Source: Geosiphon pyriformis uo1 (taxonomy: Eukaryota; Fungi; Glomeromycota). Taken from it: a stretch of DNA of 64,000 bases. Below the pieces are notes generated by a model, which saw nothing but the letters and a program-made list of their open reading frames with translations, was not told the DNA's origin and made no database searches. Position numbers and translations under genes: made by a program. Below, in pieces: positions 26,110-39,020 of the stretch; position 1 is the stretch's first letter; the number at the start of each line of letters is the position of its first letter. The stretch is from contig JAAOMT010000653.1 in NCBI GenBank assembly GCA_016748015.1, positions 13,639 through 77,638 of the forward strand. The letters are read 5' to 3'.

Positions 26110-27650
26110 GGTCCTTTTACATTATTTCTTTGTTCTTGTATTGAATTATGTGTTTATTAATAGTGATTTCTAGACTTGATTTTTGTTGTTGAATCAGTTG
26201 TAATAATTGTTATGCAAATAAGTAGATGTTGTTGGTAATTTTCATCTTTTTTTGTTGTTTTTGTCATGTATAGTGTTTTCTTATATACTGTTTTAGTAGA
26301 TTAATTCAATGTGTTTGCTTTAATGATGATGATTGGTTCTAGATCTTGTGAAATCTTATCAGGTTTGACTAGTATTCTTTGTACTCCTAGTTGTGGAATA
26401 TTATTAGTAGATAATAATATTATATTGTGGTATGGTTTCAGTTAATCTCTATGTACTGCTTTAACTAAGATTTTATTGTTCTATCTTAGTTTATAAGCTC
26501 TATTTTCTAAAATTTTTTCAATGTGAAATGATTTATTCTATTTGAAGTTGAATTTTTTATTCCATTGTTTTTTTGGTTTGATATAATATAAGAATATTTT
26601 GTCTTTAATTTTGAATTCAACTGGTTTGTTTGGTAATTGGTTATTATGTTGTTTTTTTTGTTTTTTTTGTAATCTTTGAATGTTATTAGCTGCTCTTTTT
26701 TTTTTGTTTTCCAATATTTTTATTAGTTTGTACATTTTTTTTAGCAATGTTTTTTGAAAGTTGGCTTTTGTTATTGGTTTCATTAAATATGTGTTGATGT
26801 TTATCTCCACTAATAATATTGCTGTTTTATCATAAACAAGTTCAAATAATGTTGCTTGTATGATATTTTGCTTTATTGTTCAATAAACAAATAGTACTGA
26901 TGGTATAAACAAATCACATTTGTCCTGGTTTTTTTGGCTAATTTTTGCTATTGTTTTATACAATGTTCTGTTAAATCTTTCTATTAAGTCATTTGTTTAT
27001 GGATAATATAGTAATAATAATAGTCTTTTAATTCCAAATTTTTAACTTAATTCTGTTAATATTCTGTTCACAAAATGAGTTTTTTGATTAGATAATAATT
27101 CTTTTGGATATTTATGTTGACAAATCAAATTTTGGTGAATAAATTTGGCTACAGATTTTGTATTTGCTTTTTGGATTGCTTTTGCTTTTGGCTATTTTGT
27201 AAAATAGTCTATAGCTACTGCTATGTACTGGTTGTTTTTACTGATTATTGTTAATAATCTAACTAAGTCAATTTTAATTTGATCAAATAGTTGTTTCACT
27301 TTAATTGGTTTTAGTAATTTACTGGTTTTTGTTTCTTCTCTTTATTGACAAGCATTACAATTTTGAACATATTAGATGATATCTAGATATATTTATGGCC
27401 AATAATATTTTTTTCTGGTTCTTTTTATGGTTGTTTCTTTATGGAAATATTCTGTTATTAGATTTGAATACATGTTAAATAGTATTGTTTCTTTTTCTGG
27501 TTTTGTGATAACTTTGAGTGACTGATCTGGATATTTTCTGTTTTTCTAATATAATATATCTTAATAAGTAATAAAATATTTTGATTGTTGTTTTATGTTG
27601 TTTTGTTCCTTTTGAGATAATTTTTACTAATTTATTATTAATAATAAATG
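26110..27650 (-). mobile_element. Decayed Ty3/Gypsy integrase and 3' region
   Basis: ORF 26538-26810 (KPVEFKIKDKIFLY…KQWNKKFNFK) is homologous to the GPY/F tail at 7617-7816. Upstream minus-strand remnants include YIAVAIDYFTK and IVSD-like motifs and a zinc-binding region. Confidence 0.8.
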
Positions 27651-28340
27651 TTTTTAATTTAAAAAAAATTCATTTTAATTATTAAATTATTAACTTTTAA
27701 ATTAAATCTATATTTTGTTTTTTTAAAATATTTTTTTAAATTTTTTGCTTTTTCCAAATTTTAAAATAGTTTATACATTCATATATATATTATAATTTAT
27801 AATTATATATATAATAATATATATTGTTTAACAAATTATTATTGTTGTTAAAAAAATTCTCAAATACATAATTTTATTAAGTAATATTAAGTAAAAAAGT
27901 TAGAAGTTTAATGCTAAAACATTATAATAAAAGTTTACTAATAAAGTAAAATTAGTTAATGCTGGTTTTTTTTGTATAAATATTAATTAATAAATTAGTT
28001 AGCACCAAATTTTTACCATAAATTACATTACAAAAGTGTTTTTAATATTATTTAACAGCAGAAGAAAATTTTTACAACAATATTTGAATTTGAATTTTAT
28101 AATTTGAATTAATTAATTATGTCAATTTTATTGCAAAATATTACTATATTAAGAAAATTATTATTTGATTCATTTTATATATAAATTATTTTAAAACTTT
28201 ACAAGTTTTTAAAATTGGTTTGTAATTCCACAAATTAATAACCTGTTGATAATTTGATTTAGTTTTTTAAAATTAGGTTAAAATCTTCAACTTTTTGAAA
28301 TTCCGGATGATCGACTTGTATTCTTTACACCATTATCGAC

Positions 28341-29830
28341 ATGGAAGTTAACAAGGATGAGGCACTTCGTTGCTTGCAAATCGCGCGCACACATTTATCT
28401 TCCGGAAAGGTTGTTTCAGCACTTAGATTTGCCCAGAAGTCTATATCATTGTATCCTACAACGGAAGCGAAAGCTTTCCTAAAAAAAGTCGAAGCCTCGA
28501 AAGTCCCAGAAACAGAAGAAAGTGAACCAAATTCTCCTACTTCACCCTTTACAGGATCTTCCCGAGACCATAATCAGGGGAGGCAAACTAGAGAGTTTAC
28601 ACCAGAACAAGCAGAAGCAGTTAAGAGAATAAAGGCTTGTGGCGTATACGAGTATTATGAAGTACTTGGATTAAATAAAGATGCCAGTGATGGCGAAATC
28701 AAAAAGGCTTATAAGAAGGTTGGATATTTGGCCCATCGGTAATTAGTGTAATAGTCAACCGTAATGGCCCTTTTTCCTCATTTTGTCCACGACCTTCAAG
28801 CTGATTCGAATGACGAATTCAATAAGATTATTGTTCAACATTTGTGCTTGTGGATTTAGTTGGCCTTACTGATGCATCCAGACAAGAATGGAGCCCCTGG
28901 AGCTGATGAAGCATTCAAAAGTATATATATTAACTCTAGTTCGGCTTATTTGTGGGGGTGCCTATATTTGCCTACTCTTTTACATTAATAATTTCTAAAA
29001 AAAATGGGTTAAACACTTGAAGAGATTAGCAAAGCGTTTCAAGTACTCAATGACCCTCAAAAGCGTGAAATATTTGATCAACATGGTGCTGATCCGGATT
29101 CAAGAATGCCATCTCCAGGTTTCGGAAATGCAAGGTTTAATGGATTTTCCAATGGAGCCATGTTTGCTGATGAAATCACGCCAGAAGAATTGTTCAATAT
29201 GTTTTTTGGAGGAGATCTGGGTGGCGGTATTTATATTATTTTTTAAAATCTTGATAAATCTGAAAGAATGTTTTTCCGTTTTCAAGTTGATATGTTTATA
29301 AACCAAATTTTTTAGGGTTTCATGCCGGAACATTTGTAAGTCCGGGATTTCGTGCGAGGCAATATGGCCCTCGCAGAGCTCCGAGAAATGCTGAAGAAGG
29401 CCAAACCACGCCCTCAACATGGCTCCAATTTGTCCAACTGCTTCCACTAATTCTTCTTTTTTTATTCTCGTTGTCTTCCAATCTGTTTTCCACAACTCAA
29501 GATTCTACCCCTGCATTTTCTTTAGAGCAAATTCCCCCTTATACCCAAGCTCGATTTACACATTCACTTCAGATTCCTTATTTTGTCAACCCCAAAGATT
29601 TTATGTCTTTCGAACAAAATCCCAGAATATTAAGACGATATGAAGATGCCGTTGAGAACAAATACGTGAGACAATTGCAGCAGCGCTGTAATTCTGAAAA
29701 AATATTACAAAAGCAAAGGGTGAACGAAGCTTTGGGCTGGTATTTTAATCGTAACGAGGAGAAACTGGAAGAGGCTAAATCAATGAAAATGCCGAATTGC
29801 GAAAGATTAAACAAACTTGCAGAGAAGTGA
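28341..29830 (+). CDS. HLJ1: ER membrane J-domain co-chaperone, DNAJB12/B14 (Hlj1) family; 4 exons (~28341-28718, 28860-28920, 29023-29227, ~29318-29830)
   Basis: N-terminus MEVNKDEALRCLQIA. The J domain is split by GT-AG introns: YYEVLGL…IKKAYKK|LALLMHPDKNGAPGADEAFK|KISKAFQVLNDPQKR. It is followed by EITPEELFNMFFGG, a TM segment QLLPLILLFLFSL, and a DUF1977-like C-terminus ending MPNCERL. Confidence 0.93.
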
Positions 29831-30544
29831 ATCAAGCCCATCAGTCTCAAAAACTTGAAGCTATTTATTCGGCTCGAGGCAAAATAATACTTTCCTCCGA
29901 AGTCAAGAACCGTCAATTCATAAAAATACGGTCATATTGGCTTCGATGTTTATACAATCATTTCTCATAACTACAGTTTAAGTTTCCCTTAATTTTTAAA
30001 TTTAGATATTATAAATCCAATTATTGTGGTTATCACATATTTATAGAAATTTGCAATTTTTCAAAAGGAAATTGTGACTTCTAAAAGTCATGAGAATACA
30101 AACCTACATTAACGACTGAAATTCTTTCCAGATATTTTCAACAAAGTGAAAGTGGTGTGTTTATTTGCGACGAGTGGTCGCAATTTCAAAATCTTAAAAT
30201 TAGATTATTTCGACTTCTTAGTTGTGTATATTTGCGGAAATATTTTATATCTGATAAAAATAGATATAAATGATACACTGTGTATTTACAAAAATGCGAA
30301 GAAGCGAAATAAAATGTAAGCAGCGACAGAAATGTGAAGGTAATCTATGAACTAAAGATTGATAGAGAATTTTGAAAAGTGCTCCTTATAATTCTAAACG
30401 ACCCCATATAAAAATGAGGAAACACTGCAACAGAGCTGAAACTTTCAAATTTTAATTTCGATGTAATTACTCATGGAGGCAAACCCTTCATATTTCTAAA
30501 AAGACTACAAATCCCATCCAAACACATCAGCGATACTCGTATCC

Positions 30545-31209
30545 TTATTTCTTTGATGAATTATGCACAGTGATATTGAAGTTGATAGTAACGGGCAATT
30601 CCACCTCCTTTCCATCGATTTCAACCTTAATCTTAGCCTTTGTGTGACTTGCGGTCCATCCGTAACTGCCGGTTGAATGCTTGTGTGGTTCCGCGTTAAG
30701 TGTAAATAAAGAATCCTCCAGGGATTCTGATCCATTCTTGATTCCCTTTTTATCCTCGGATTCCTCGTCTTTTGTCTCATCTTCCTCTTGTTCCTCATTA
30801 GCTGATTTGTAGATCACAACCTTGAGATTTTTGGCGTTAGCAAGAAACTCTTTCTGTTTAGGAAGGGTTACGGTATTAGCGATTTCATCCTCTTCCTTTT
30901 TCTACAAAAAAAAAATTAGCCCCTAAGTTACACAAAAACTTGAAAATTTGCTGTATGAAACGCGTTATTTCTTCGCGACATTTCCAAAGATGAGCGCGGA
31001 TAACCAAATGGACACACCTCTGTCTTCTTCTTTTTGGTCTTGGGAACAGAAGAGGTAGATGCTGAGGCGGCGGCAGCAGCAGCCTTTGCTTCTTCGGTCT
31101 TGGTTTTCGCGGCACGTTTAGGAGTCGTTTTACGTTCAATCTCCTCTTTTGTATTCACGGCAGCTTTTCTTTTACGCGTACTTTTTTTATCTTCCGTATG
31201 TTCTGTCAT
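30545..31209 (-). CDS. Uncharacterised ~182-aa protein: basic low-complexity N-terminus plus small beta-rich C-terminal domain (STGSYGW motif); 2 exons (31209-31018, 30901-30545)
   Basis: The phase-0 intron GAG|GTGTGT…TTTGTAG|AAA joins ORF 30928-31209 to ORF 30545-30817 in frame. CpG content is normal. Confidence 0.8.
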
Positions 31210-31697
31210 TTTTAAGGGAATAAAGCTTTTTGCTTTCTGTAGTTCTGTCGAAAAAACAAAAACCGAGATAAAAAAATAGAGATGTGTAGTAAGCTTTGCC
31301 CGTTATCTAGCTTGATAATAATAAAAATTCGGACAATACAAACGGAAGCAAGTGGAATAATACAACTTTGTTTATTATTGCCTGCAAGAAAATAGATGAT
31401 CGCATCCGAACAGTTCTTATTTTGTTTTTCCCCAGTGTCAGTTTTTTTCGGTTACTCAAAAGTCAAGTGACTTGAGTGCCTGATCCACTGGCCAATGATA
31501 AAACGGTTTATAATTTGTAGGCATATGTTAAATTTTATAAAGTTTTCAGTCAATCATTTATTTCTGATTACCCGATTGTGGTAATAATCGTTTCGTGCAC
31601 AAAGTTAGGACAGAAATCTATTGATAGCCCTTTTTAAGACTTAAAAGTATTAATTCAGCGGGAATGCTTTGATCACTTGCCTGCTCTCATTATTCTC

Positions 31698-33823
31698 TCA
31701 ATTTACCCTTCGGACCTCCCGTAATTCAGACCAATGATGTGTTTGAATATTCATTCCCCGTTCTTGGCCTTCAATTAAGAATTCATCTTCTAATCCCTTT
31801 AGCTCAAATTTATTTAGGGGACGTTCGGAATCATTAGAAGGTTGATTTTTAGGATTAGGCTTAAGCTTCACTAAACCCTGCAAGGCATCAAAAGCTAAAA
31901 TATTGGACTCCTATAAAAAAAGGGCTAGGTTTTAAAATGATCGTCAATTGAGATGTTTTGATGACAAGTAAAAGATAATACTGACTTTGTAATCACTCAA
32001 TTCGGGAGTGAATGATGCAGATAATTCCAAGATCTAGAACCCGAGTCAAGAATTTATTTATTAAATTATTAGTGCCCCATTTGTTCAAAGTTGATTTGTT
32101 GAAATAGTTACCTTGTAAGCTATAGTATCTCCAACACGTGGACAATTACCGTATAATTCCAGTTGAGTATAGTCAATAATATCCCCCTGATCAAATTTTT
32201 TAATTTCTTCAGAAATTACCCCATGTGATTCAACGATCTTTTCACTGTAGCCCTGTTCATGAATAAGATTTTGTTGGGCATTATGTTGCCCTTTTTTCTT
32301 TTTTCTGGTTTTCCTTTTCTTTGCTGCTTGCTGAATATCAACACGAGTAACAATCGCTCGTCCCGGGGGAACATCTTGTGGACTCTGAAAAGCCAGGGAA
32401 ATATTATCAGTTTCTTTTGGGCGCTCCTCTGAAAATTTACCATTTGGAAGCGTTTTATTGTTTCCTTTTTCTTCATTGGCAAACCTGACATGATTCGGTG
32501 TCAATGCCAACATGCCTTGAAGATATCCTTTCTTTTTATTCGATGTAGATGATAAAGATAGTGGGGGTTTTATTTCGAGATTACCATAATACTCTTTCGT
32601 ATATTCGGATGGATCACCATTAGCTGAAAACTTGGACTGAACACTAGGTGAGTTCATCACTGAACTACTCTCTTGGGCTTCATTCAAAACATTTCCGCCA
32701 AGCTCCATTTTTAGGTGCATTTGATCAACATTATCAACATTTTTCAATTCAGGTTCAGCCATATTTTGTGGCGTAATTTTCAATCTAGTTGCATTGCTTT
32801 CGTTTGTGGTTGAAGCTCTATGCATTTTTCAAATGAATAAAAATGAGTATTTGGGGGGGGGGGGGGGGGGGAAAACTATGTTTTCCTGGATTCTGTACCT
32901 GAGTATTCGTTTTGCCTGAATATCGTCATTTGTAACTGTGTCCCTTTCACTTTTACAGCTAGTTGAAGAAGAATCCGAAGAGGAATCGGAATCTTCAGAA
33001 CTTGATTCTTTCTTCGTTTTATTTTTTTTAATCTTCTTTGAATTTATGAGTGATTTTTGTTTTCCTGTAGTGATGTTCTTTCCTCCGCTATTAATCTTGA
33101 ATTTTTTGTTTTTACTTCGCTTATTATTATCCGGATCGGATGATGTGCGACTAGATGTATCCGACTCTGACGTTCTTTCATCGTTAGTCGATGAATCAGA
33201 GCTCGAAGAGGAACCCGTTTTTCTTTTCTTAGTCTGCAAGTCATTTCTCTTAAACTCCCCTTCCTCACGACTCGCCTGATGTTTTCTTTTATTCAATTCA
33301 GGGGGAGTCACAAAGCTTTTTTTCGAAACTTTGTTAACCACTACTTTTTCTTGAGCTTTTGAAGTTGGAACAGCAATAATTTCAGGCCTTTTCTTTTTAG
33401 GTGTTTCTATTGACATGAAAAAATATAATCGATTGAAATCTAAATGTAGTACCTTGATCTGCAATTTTCCCCTCAATCTTGTCATCGATCAGGCGAGGTT
33501 TAACACTGCGAAATTAATCATAAATCGGAATCCAAGATCAAAATTTATGAAGTCTTCTCAATTTTATGTATCACTCTCAATAAACCAACAAACCAAATCG
33601 TGTCATTTTCTCTAAGCAAACCGAAGATAGTTCCACTTGGTAGCAACTCGAAAGCGTCCAAAGAGAGATTAAATCCATAAGGACCTTGAGTCTCTAACTC
33701 GAAAGCCTGCATAATGCTGGCTTCGAGGTCTCGAATGGAATTATACTGTTGCTCGGTATCTGAAATTTCGTACCAGCAACACCTTTTAGGCAAAGGTGTC
33801 TCAAACACAAGCTTCACACGCAT
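31698..33823 (-). CDS. COIL: Coilin-like protein (Cajal-body scaffold; Mug174-like), ~6 exons
   Basis: N-terminal coilin domain MRVKLVFE…CWYEI…IRDL…LSLDAFELLP…LLRENDTI. K/S/D-rich low-complexity middle. C-terminal Tudor-like segment DYTQLELYGNCPRVGDTIAYK|ILELSASFTPELSDYK|ESNILAFD matches the coilin pattern DY..L.L…P.VG..IAFK.LEL…Y.P..SDYKE. The GT-AG introns restore the frame. Confidence 0.82.
32853..32871 (+). repeat. G19 homopolymer in a coilin intron
   Basis: 19 consecutive G lie within the intron ~32819-32898. Confidence 0.9.
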
Positions 33824-34687
33824 ATTCAAAAATATAGCGGTAATAAGTGAAATTGTTTGGTTAATTTAATAATCAACTCGTTTCTAACTAGGAAAGCGAC
33901 TCTTGAATCTGTAACTTGGTAAGTAAAAAAAATTTTGTTCATTATCTTTTTTTGTGAGAATCACGTTGTCTATTTTATCTTGGCGTATTTAATTTGATTT
34001 TTAAATTAAATTACAATATGTAATTAAATTTTTTTTTTAACAAAATATGGACTTTTTTTTTGGTTTCCAATAGTAACACTACTTAAGAAGCTTTTTTAAC
34101 TAGAAAACCATTTTATTAAAGCACTTTTCATAGTAAGCAGTTTTTGGCCTATATTTTTAATTTTACATAGTTTATTGGTTTTTAAAAACAAGATCAAGTT
34201 TTTTTAAATACTATTACTAAAACTAAGCTTGTAATTTTTTTGGTTTTATTCTACTATTATCTTTAAAATCAGTAAATTGGTTTTAGATTTATAGTTAAAT
34301 TTGTTTTATTTTTTAGTTTTTAATTTTTAATTTTATTATTGTTACTTTTGTATTTAAAAAAACTTTTAATAATATTATTATTATTATTAAGATTAGTATT
34401 TTACAAAAATATTGTATTTAATAAAAAACTCTTAAATATTAATATTATTATAAATATTAAAGTTTAAATTATTTGGCTTTTAATTAAAAAGCTGTTTTTT
34501 TGATTTATTAAAGTTTTTTTGTTGTATTAAAAATTTTTTGTAAATTAATTTATTAATTTAATATTTTATATACAAATAAAAATTCTTAATAAATTTATAA
34601 ATAGCTTTATTAAAGATTTGGTTATAATTAAAAAAAAGTGTTTTAATTGGTTTTAATAATAATAAAATAAAAACTATTAAAAACAAT

Positions 34688-35260
34688 AAAACTTCTTTTT
34701 TTTTTACATCCAAAAATTTTTTAAAAGCATTTTTTAAAAGAAAAAGTTTTTTGTCTCTGTTTTTTTAGTTATATTAATTTTAACATTTTTCAAGTTAATA
34801 ATTTTTTTGTGGTAAATCTGAAAACTGTTTTAAGTAATAATATGTTTAAGAAAAAAGTGTTCAAAAGAACTTTTTATGGTCTTATTAGAAATACTTTTTT
34901 TCAAAAAAAAAAAGTATTTGTGAATAATATCAAACATTTTAGTAATGAAAAAAAATTTTTTTGGTCAAATTTAATTTTGGTAATAGTATATATTTAGATA
35001 TAAATAGTGAATTCAATAACAGTAAAATTGGTAATATATTATTAAATACTGATAATAGTTTTTTTTTTGACTTAATTGTAATAACTTTTAATGCTAAAAT
35101 AATTAATGTTGGCTTAAATTGTGGTTTTTTTATTAATATAATTAACTATAAAATAGATAAAAGTAAGGAATCTCTTTTTTTTTCTATTAATATTTTTCTT
35201 AACAAAAAATAAATTAATCTTAAAATTGTGAAAACTCAAGTTAAAATAACTGTTGAAAAA
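34688..35260 (+). mobile_element. LINE 5' fragment (5'UTR + ORF1 start), heavily mutated
   Basis: The 5' hairpin motif AAAACTTCTTT…AAAAGTTTTT is followed by VVNLKTVLSNNMFKKKVFK…, homologous to 39149-39553. Confidence 0.8.
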
Positions 35261-38200
35261 AACAGTATTATTAACATAAGCCAATAGTATATATTAATAA
35301 TACCACAGATTGAAAACACAATTCAACACCAATTTTTTTCTTGTCTAATTTTCTATAATTATATTAATCTTAAATTTGACTTTACCAAAATTTAAAACCA
35401 ATTTATTATTAACAACCAAGTAATTTAATACTATTTTATAAAAAGAGTGTTCTAATATACTTCTAATTGTATGGTTTTTGTTAACAGCAAAGCTCTTTAT
35501 TTATTTGTCAATTACAGATTTAATACATGATTTTTTTGTTCTTAATAATTTAGTAAGTTTAGTAGTATAATATAATTTCTTAATATTAAAAAAAAACAAA
35601 TCTTATATTATTAAAATCAGTTTTAGAATTCAGTAAAACTTGAATATTTAAAGCTTTATTACTGTTTAAAGACATTCAGTGGCTCATCAGAAAGACAAAC
35701 TTATTATTAGTCTTATTATGTAAAGATTTGGCAATTTTTAACACCAATAATTCCAATTTATAAAACCTAAAAAATTTCTTAGTAAAGACATTGTTAAAAT
35801 TCTTAAACCATTTTTTTTGAATATCTTATTGACTAATAAATTCACTATCTTATAAATAATATTCCACATTGTATCTATATTAAAAAAATTTTTTAATACA
35901 ACAAACTCATCAGAAAACATAACAGTATTGGTTATTATAATATTCTTAAATTTGGTTTATTTAATATTATTAGCACTTTTAAAATTAAATTTCCAATAAT
36001 TTTTATTTGCCTGCTTATAAAAAAAGTTCAAATGTATATTCAGCAAGTCACCTAAATTTATAGAAATAAAGACTGTTTAATAATTAGATTTAAAGTATTT
36101 TTCAACATTCAGAACATTACAATCCACTATTATGTTAATTAAATTTGAAGAAACAACTATGAAATTAATTGTTTTTTTAGCACTCCTAAAATTATTTTAT
36201 ATTAAGACTTTTACAATTAAGCTTTCTACCAAAGAATTAACCAGCTTAAATTAAGACATTTTTTAAAACTAACACTTTTACAAAAACTATTCTTATTAAA
36301 ATTACCACTTAAAATTACAAACAAAATTTTATTTACAGTCTTTGCAATTAATAAATTAATTTTTTTTGCTTAAGCCAAGTATGTTGCCAGAGCAGCACTA
36401 ATATACAGCTCCAAAATTAAAACAAAGAGTTTATTCTTAAAAAGCAGTTTTATAAACAAAAGCCTATCAGCAATCTTTGAAATTTTGTATATATGTTTTG
36501 TCAAACTAATGTTTATAATAATTGCAATATCAAAATCCAAGTGATCAGACTTTAAACCAGAAGTAAACATCTAAATACTATCAAATTTGTTCATAATTTA
36601 TAGACAAATTTTCTCTTTTAATTTAGTTTTAATAACAATAAAAATCAAATTATTTATTTTTTTGTATTAACAAACAATATCTTTTGCTTAGTAAGATTGT
36701 TTATACTTCTAATATTGCACATAGTAATCTTTCAGATCAAATTAGTTATTGTTAAAAAAAAGTATTCAAACTCAAACTTTTGTTATCTACTTTGATTAGC
36801 AAACTCATAATCTATATTAGATAAATTGTTTATTTTGTCTTTAAATTTTTTAATAATTGATTAATTTAATAACTTTGTTTTTACTACAGTCTTATTACTT
36901 GTAACTGCACTTGAACTTTCACTTATTACTATATCTGTTCCTGATTTTGTGATAAAAAAGTTATCAACATTAGACATTTAAGATTAAGTTAATTCAAATG
37001 TATTTAACTTCTTAGTTAGCTTGTCAACTTTCTCTACAAAACTAGTAAAACTGCATTTAAGAATGGCAAACCTATTATTTACATCCAAAAAAACCAGTAA
37101 AAAAAATTTAGCATCTAAAAATAAATTAGCATTAAAAACAATTAAAGATACAATATAAGAAGTGAAACTATCAGCAATTTAAGCCCAAGTTTTTTTTACC
37201 AAAAAATACTAGATAAGTAATTGATACTTGTTTCTTTTTATATATATTTGTTAAACAAATCTGATCTTAAAAATTAACCACCTACTTACTGTGATTACTC
37301 AAATTTTCACTCATTAAACACATACTAGAAACATGACCAAATTGTTTGTATTGAGCATAACAACCAAAGAAAAACCAGTTTAATGCAAATTCACATTCTT
37401 AAAAACAGAAATAGAATTAATAACAGCTTTTTTTAATGTCTCATTAGCAAAAAAAACCACAACATATTTGTTATGTACATAAAAATCTAGGTTGTGGCCA
37501 ATAAAGCAAGTCTTTGCATCATATAATTCCAATAAATTAGTAAAATCATAAGCAGTAGTGCCAACTAATAGAGTATACTACAAATCCCAATGTTAATTTT
37601 TAGATATTTATGTTTGTTTATTATTAATAGCTTTTGTTATATAAAAAAAGTTTTTTTTTATGAAAACAGACTACTTGGCTACAACCAAATTGGCAATTTC
37701 AGCTGACTCAAACTTTACTAAGACTTTTTGCCAAAGACTAATTAATTGTATTTTAATAAACACAATTTTACTAAATTTGGAAAAAACTGATTCCACAGCC
37801 AATTTTGAAAAATTAGCAAAAATTTTCTTAATTATTACTTTCCAATTTATATGTTTGTTTGCTATCTTAATATTATTATTGACTAAAATTTTTTTACTGA
37901 TTATTATCTTCTTAGTTTTTTTTAAACTAAACTTAAACAAAAAAAATAATTTAATTATTTCAAAAAACTTTAAGAAAATTAATGTCTTTTAAAACCATCT
38001 ACACAATAAAACATTTTTTAATACTCAACAATTTATTAACAGAAGTTTTGTTAGACACAGCAGAAAGCTCAATATTTAATGTAAAAAATTTTGTTAAATT
38101 AAAACTTCATTTTTCTAAAACATGTAATTTGATCAATAAAAATTGCCTAAAGCCATTAAACTTAAGTGACAGAAGCATTAAAATGTTTTTGTTATCATGC

Positions 38201-38480
38201 AAATTCACAAATAAAAGAGCTTTTAGTGAGTTATCCAATATGTATGTTTGAGTATGAGTTTTTTACAGCATAATATTGTTCATATTTTTTGTTAGTCACC
38301 AAAGTATTTAAATTTGCATAATTGGTCTTTTTGGCAATCATGTTTTTCATATTTTTTATGTTTGATAAATTACTAATACTGCTAATTTTACTATTAACTT
38401 TATTTTCTTAAGGCATATTGTGAAAATATACACTTTTTATTTGCTTTTGTTGTGGCCAAAAAATTGACAAAAAAAAGATA
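35258..38480 (-). mobile_element. LINE internal fragment (ORF1 + APE/linker), heavily mutated and truncated at both ends
   Basis: ORFs 37671-37940, 36370-36570 and 35738-35920 are homologous to LINE copy 1 ORF1 and APE. Confidence 0.82.
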
Positions 38481-39020
38481 TTATTTTTAAAATTATTTAT
38501 AATAAAATATTTAACAAATTTAATAACAAATTTAATACAAATTAATTATAATACTTTTATATTTTATTAAAAATACCAAACAAATTTGCAGACTTTTTAT
38601 ATAACAAACATAATTACAGTTATAAAAATATTTAAAAAATATATATTGTTAATACTATTATATAAGAATTTTATTTAATATTATCTATTCTTTAATTTGA
38701 TTTTAATAATAAAATTTACTTTATTTTTAAATAATTTTGGCTTTAAAACCAATTTATTGTATTTTATTAATAAATTAAACCTATTTTTTTTAAATTTTTT
38801 TTAAAACACTTCTAATAAAATAGGTTTTATTACTATTAAATATTTTAATATATTAAATAATAATAACTATAATATAAAAATTCTTAAATATTTTAAATTT
38901 AAACATTTTAAAAATTTTATATGTTTTTTTACATAAATTAAAGTTTGTTTTAAAGTAAAATTATTAAAGTTTTTTTTAATAATATTTTAAACTTAAAATT
39001 TTTAATCAATTTTAATAAGA

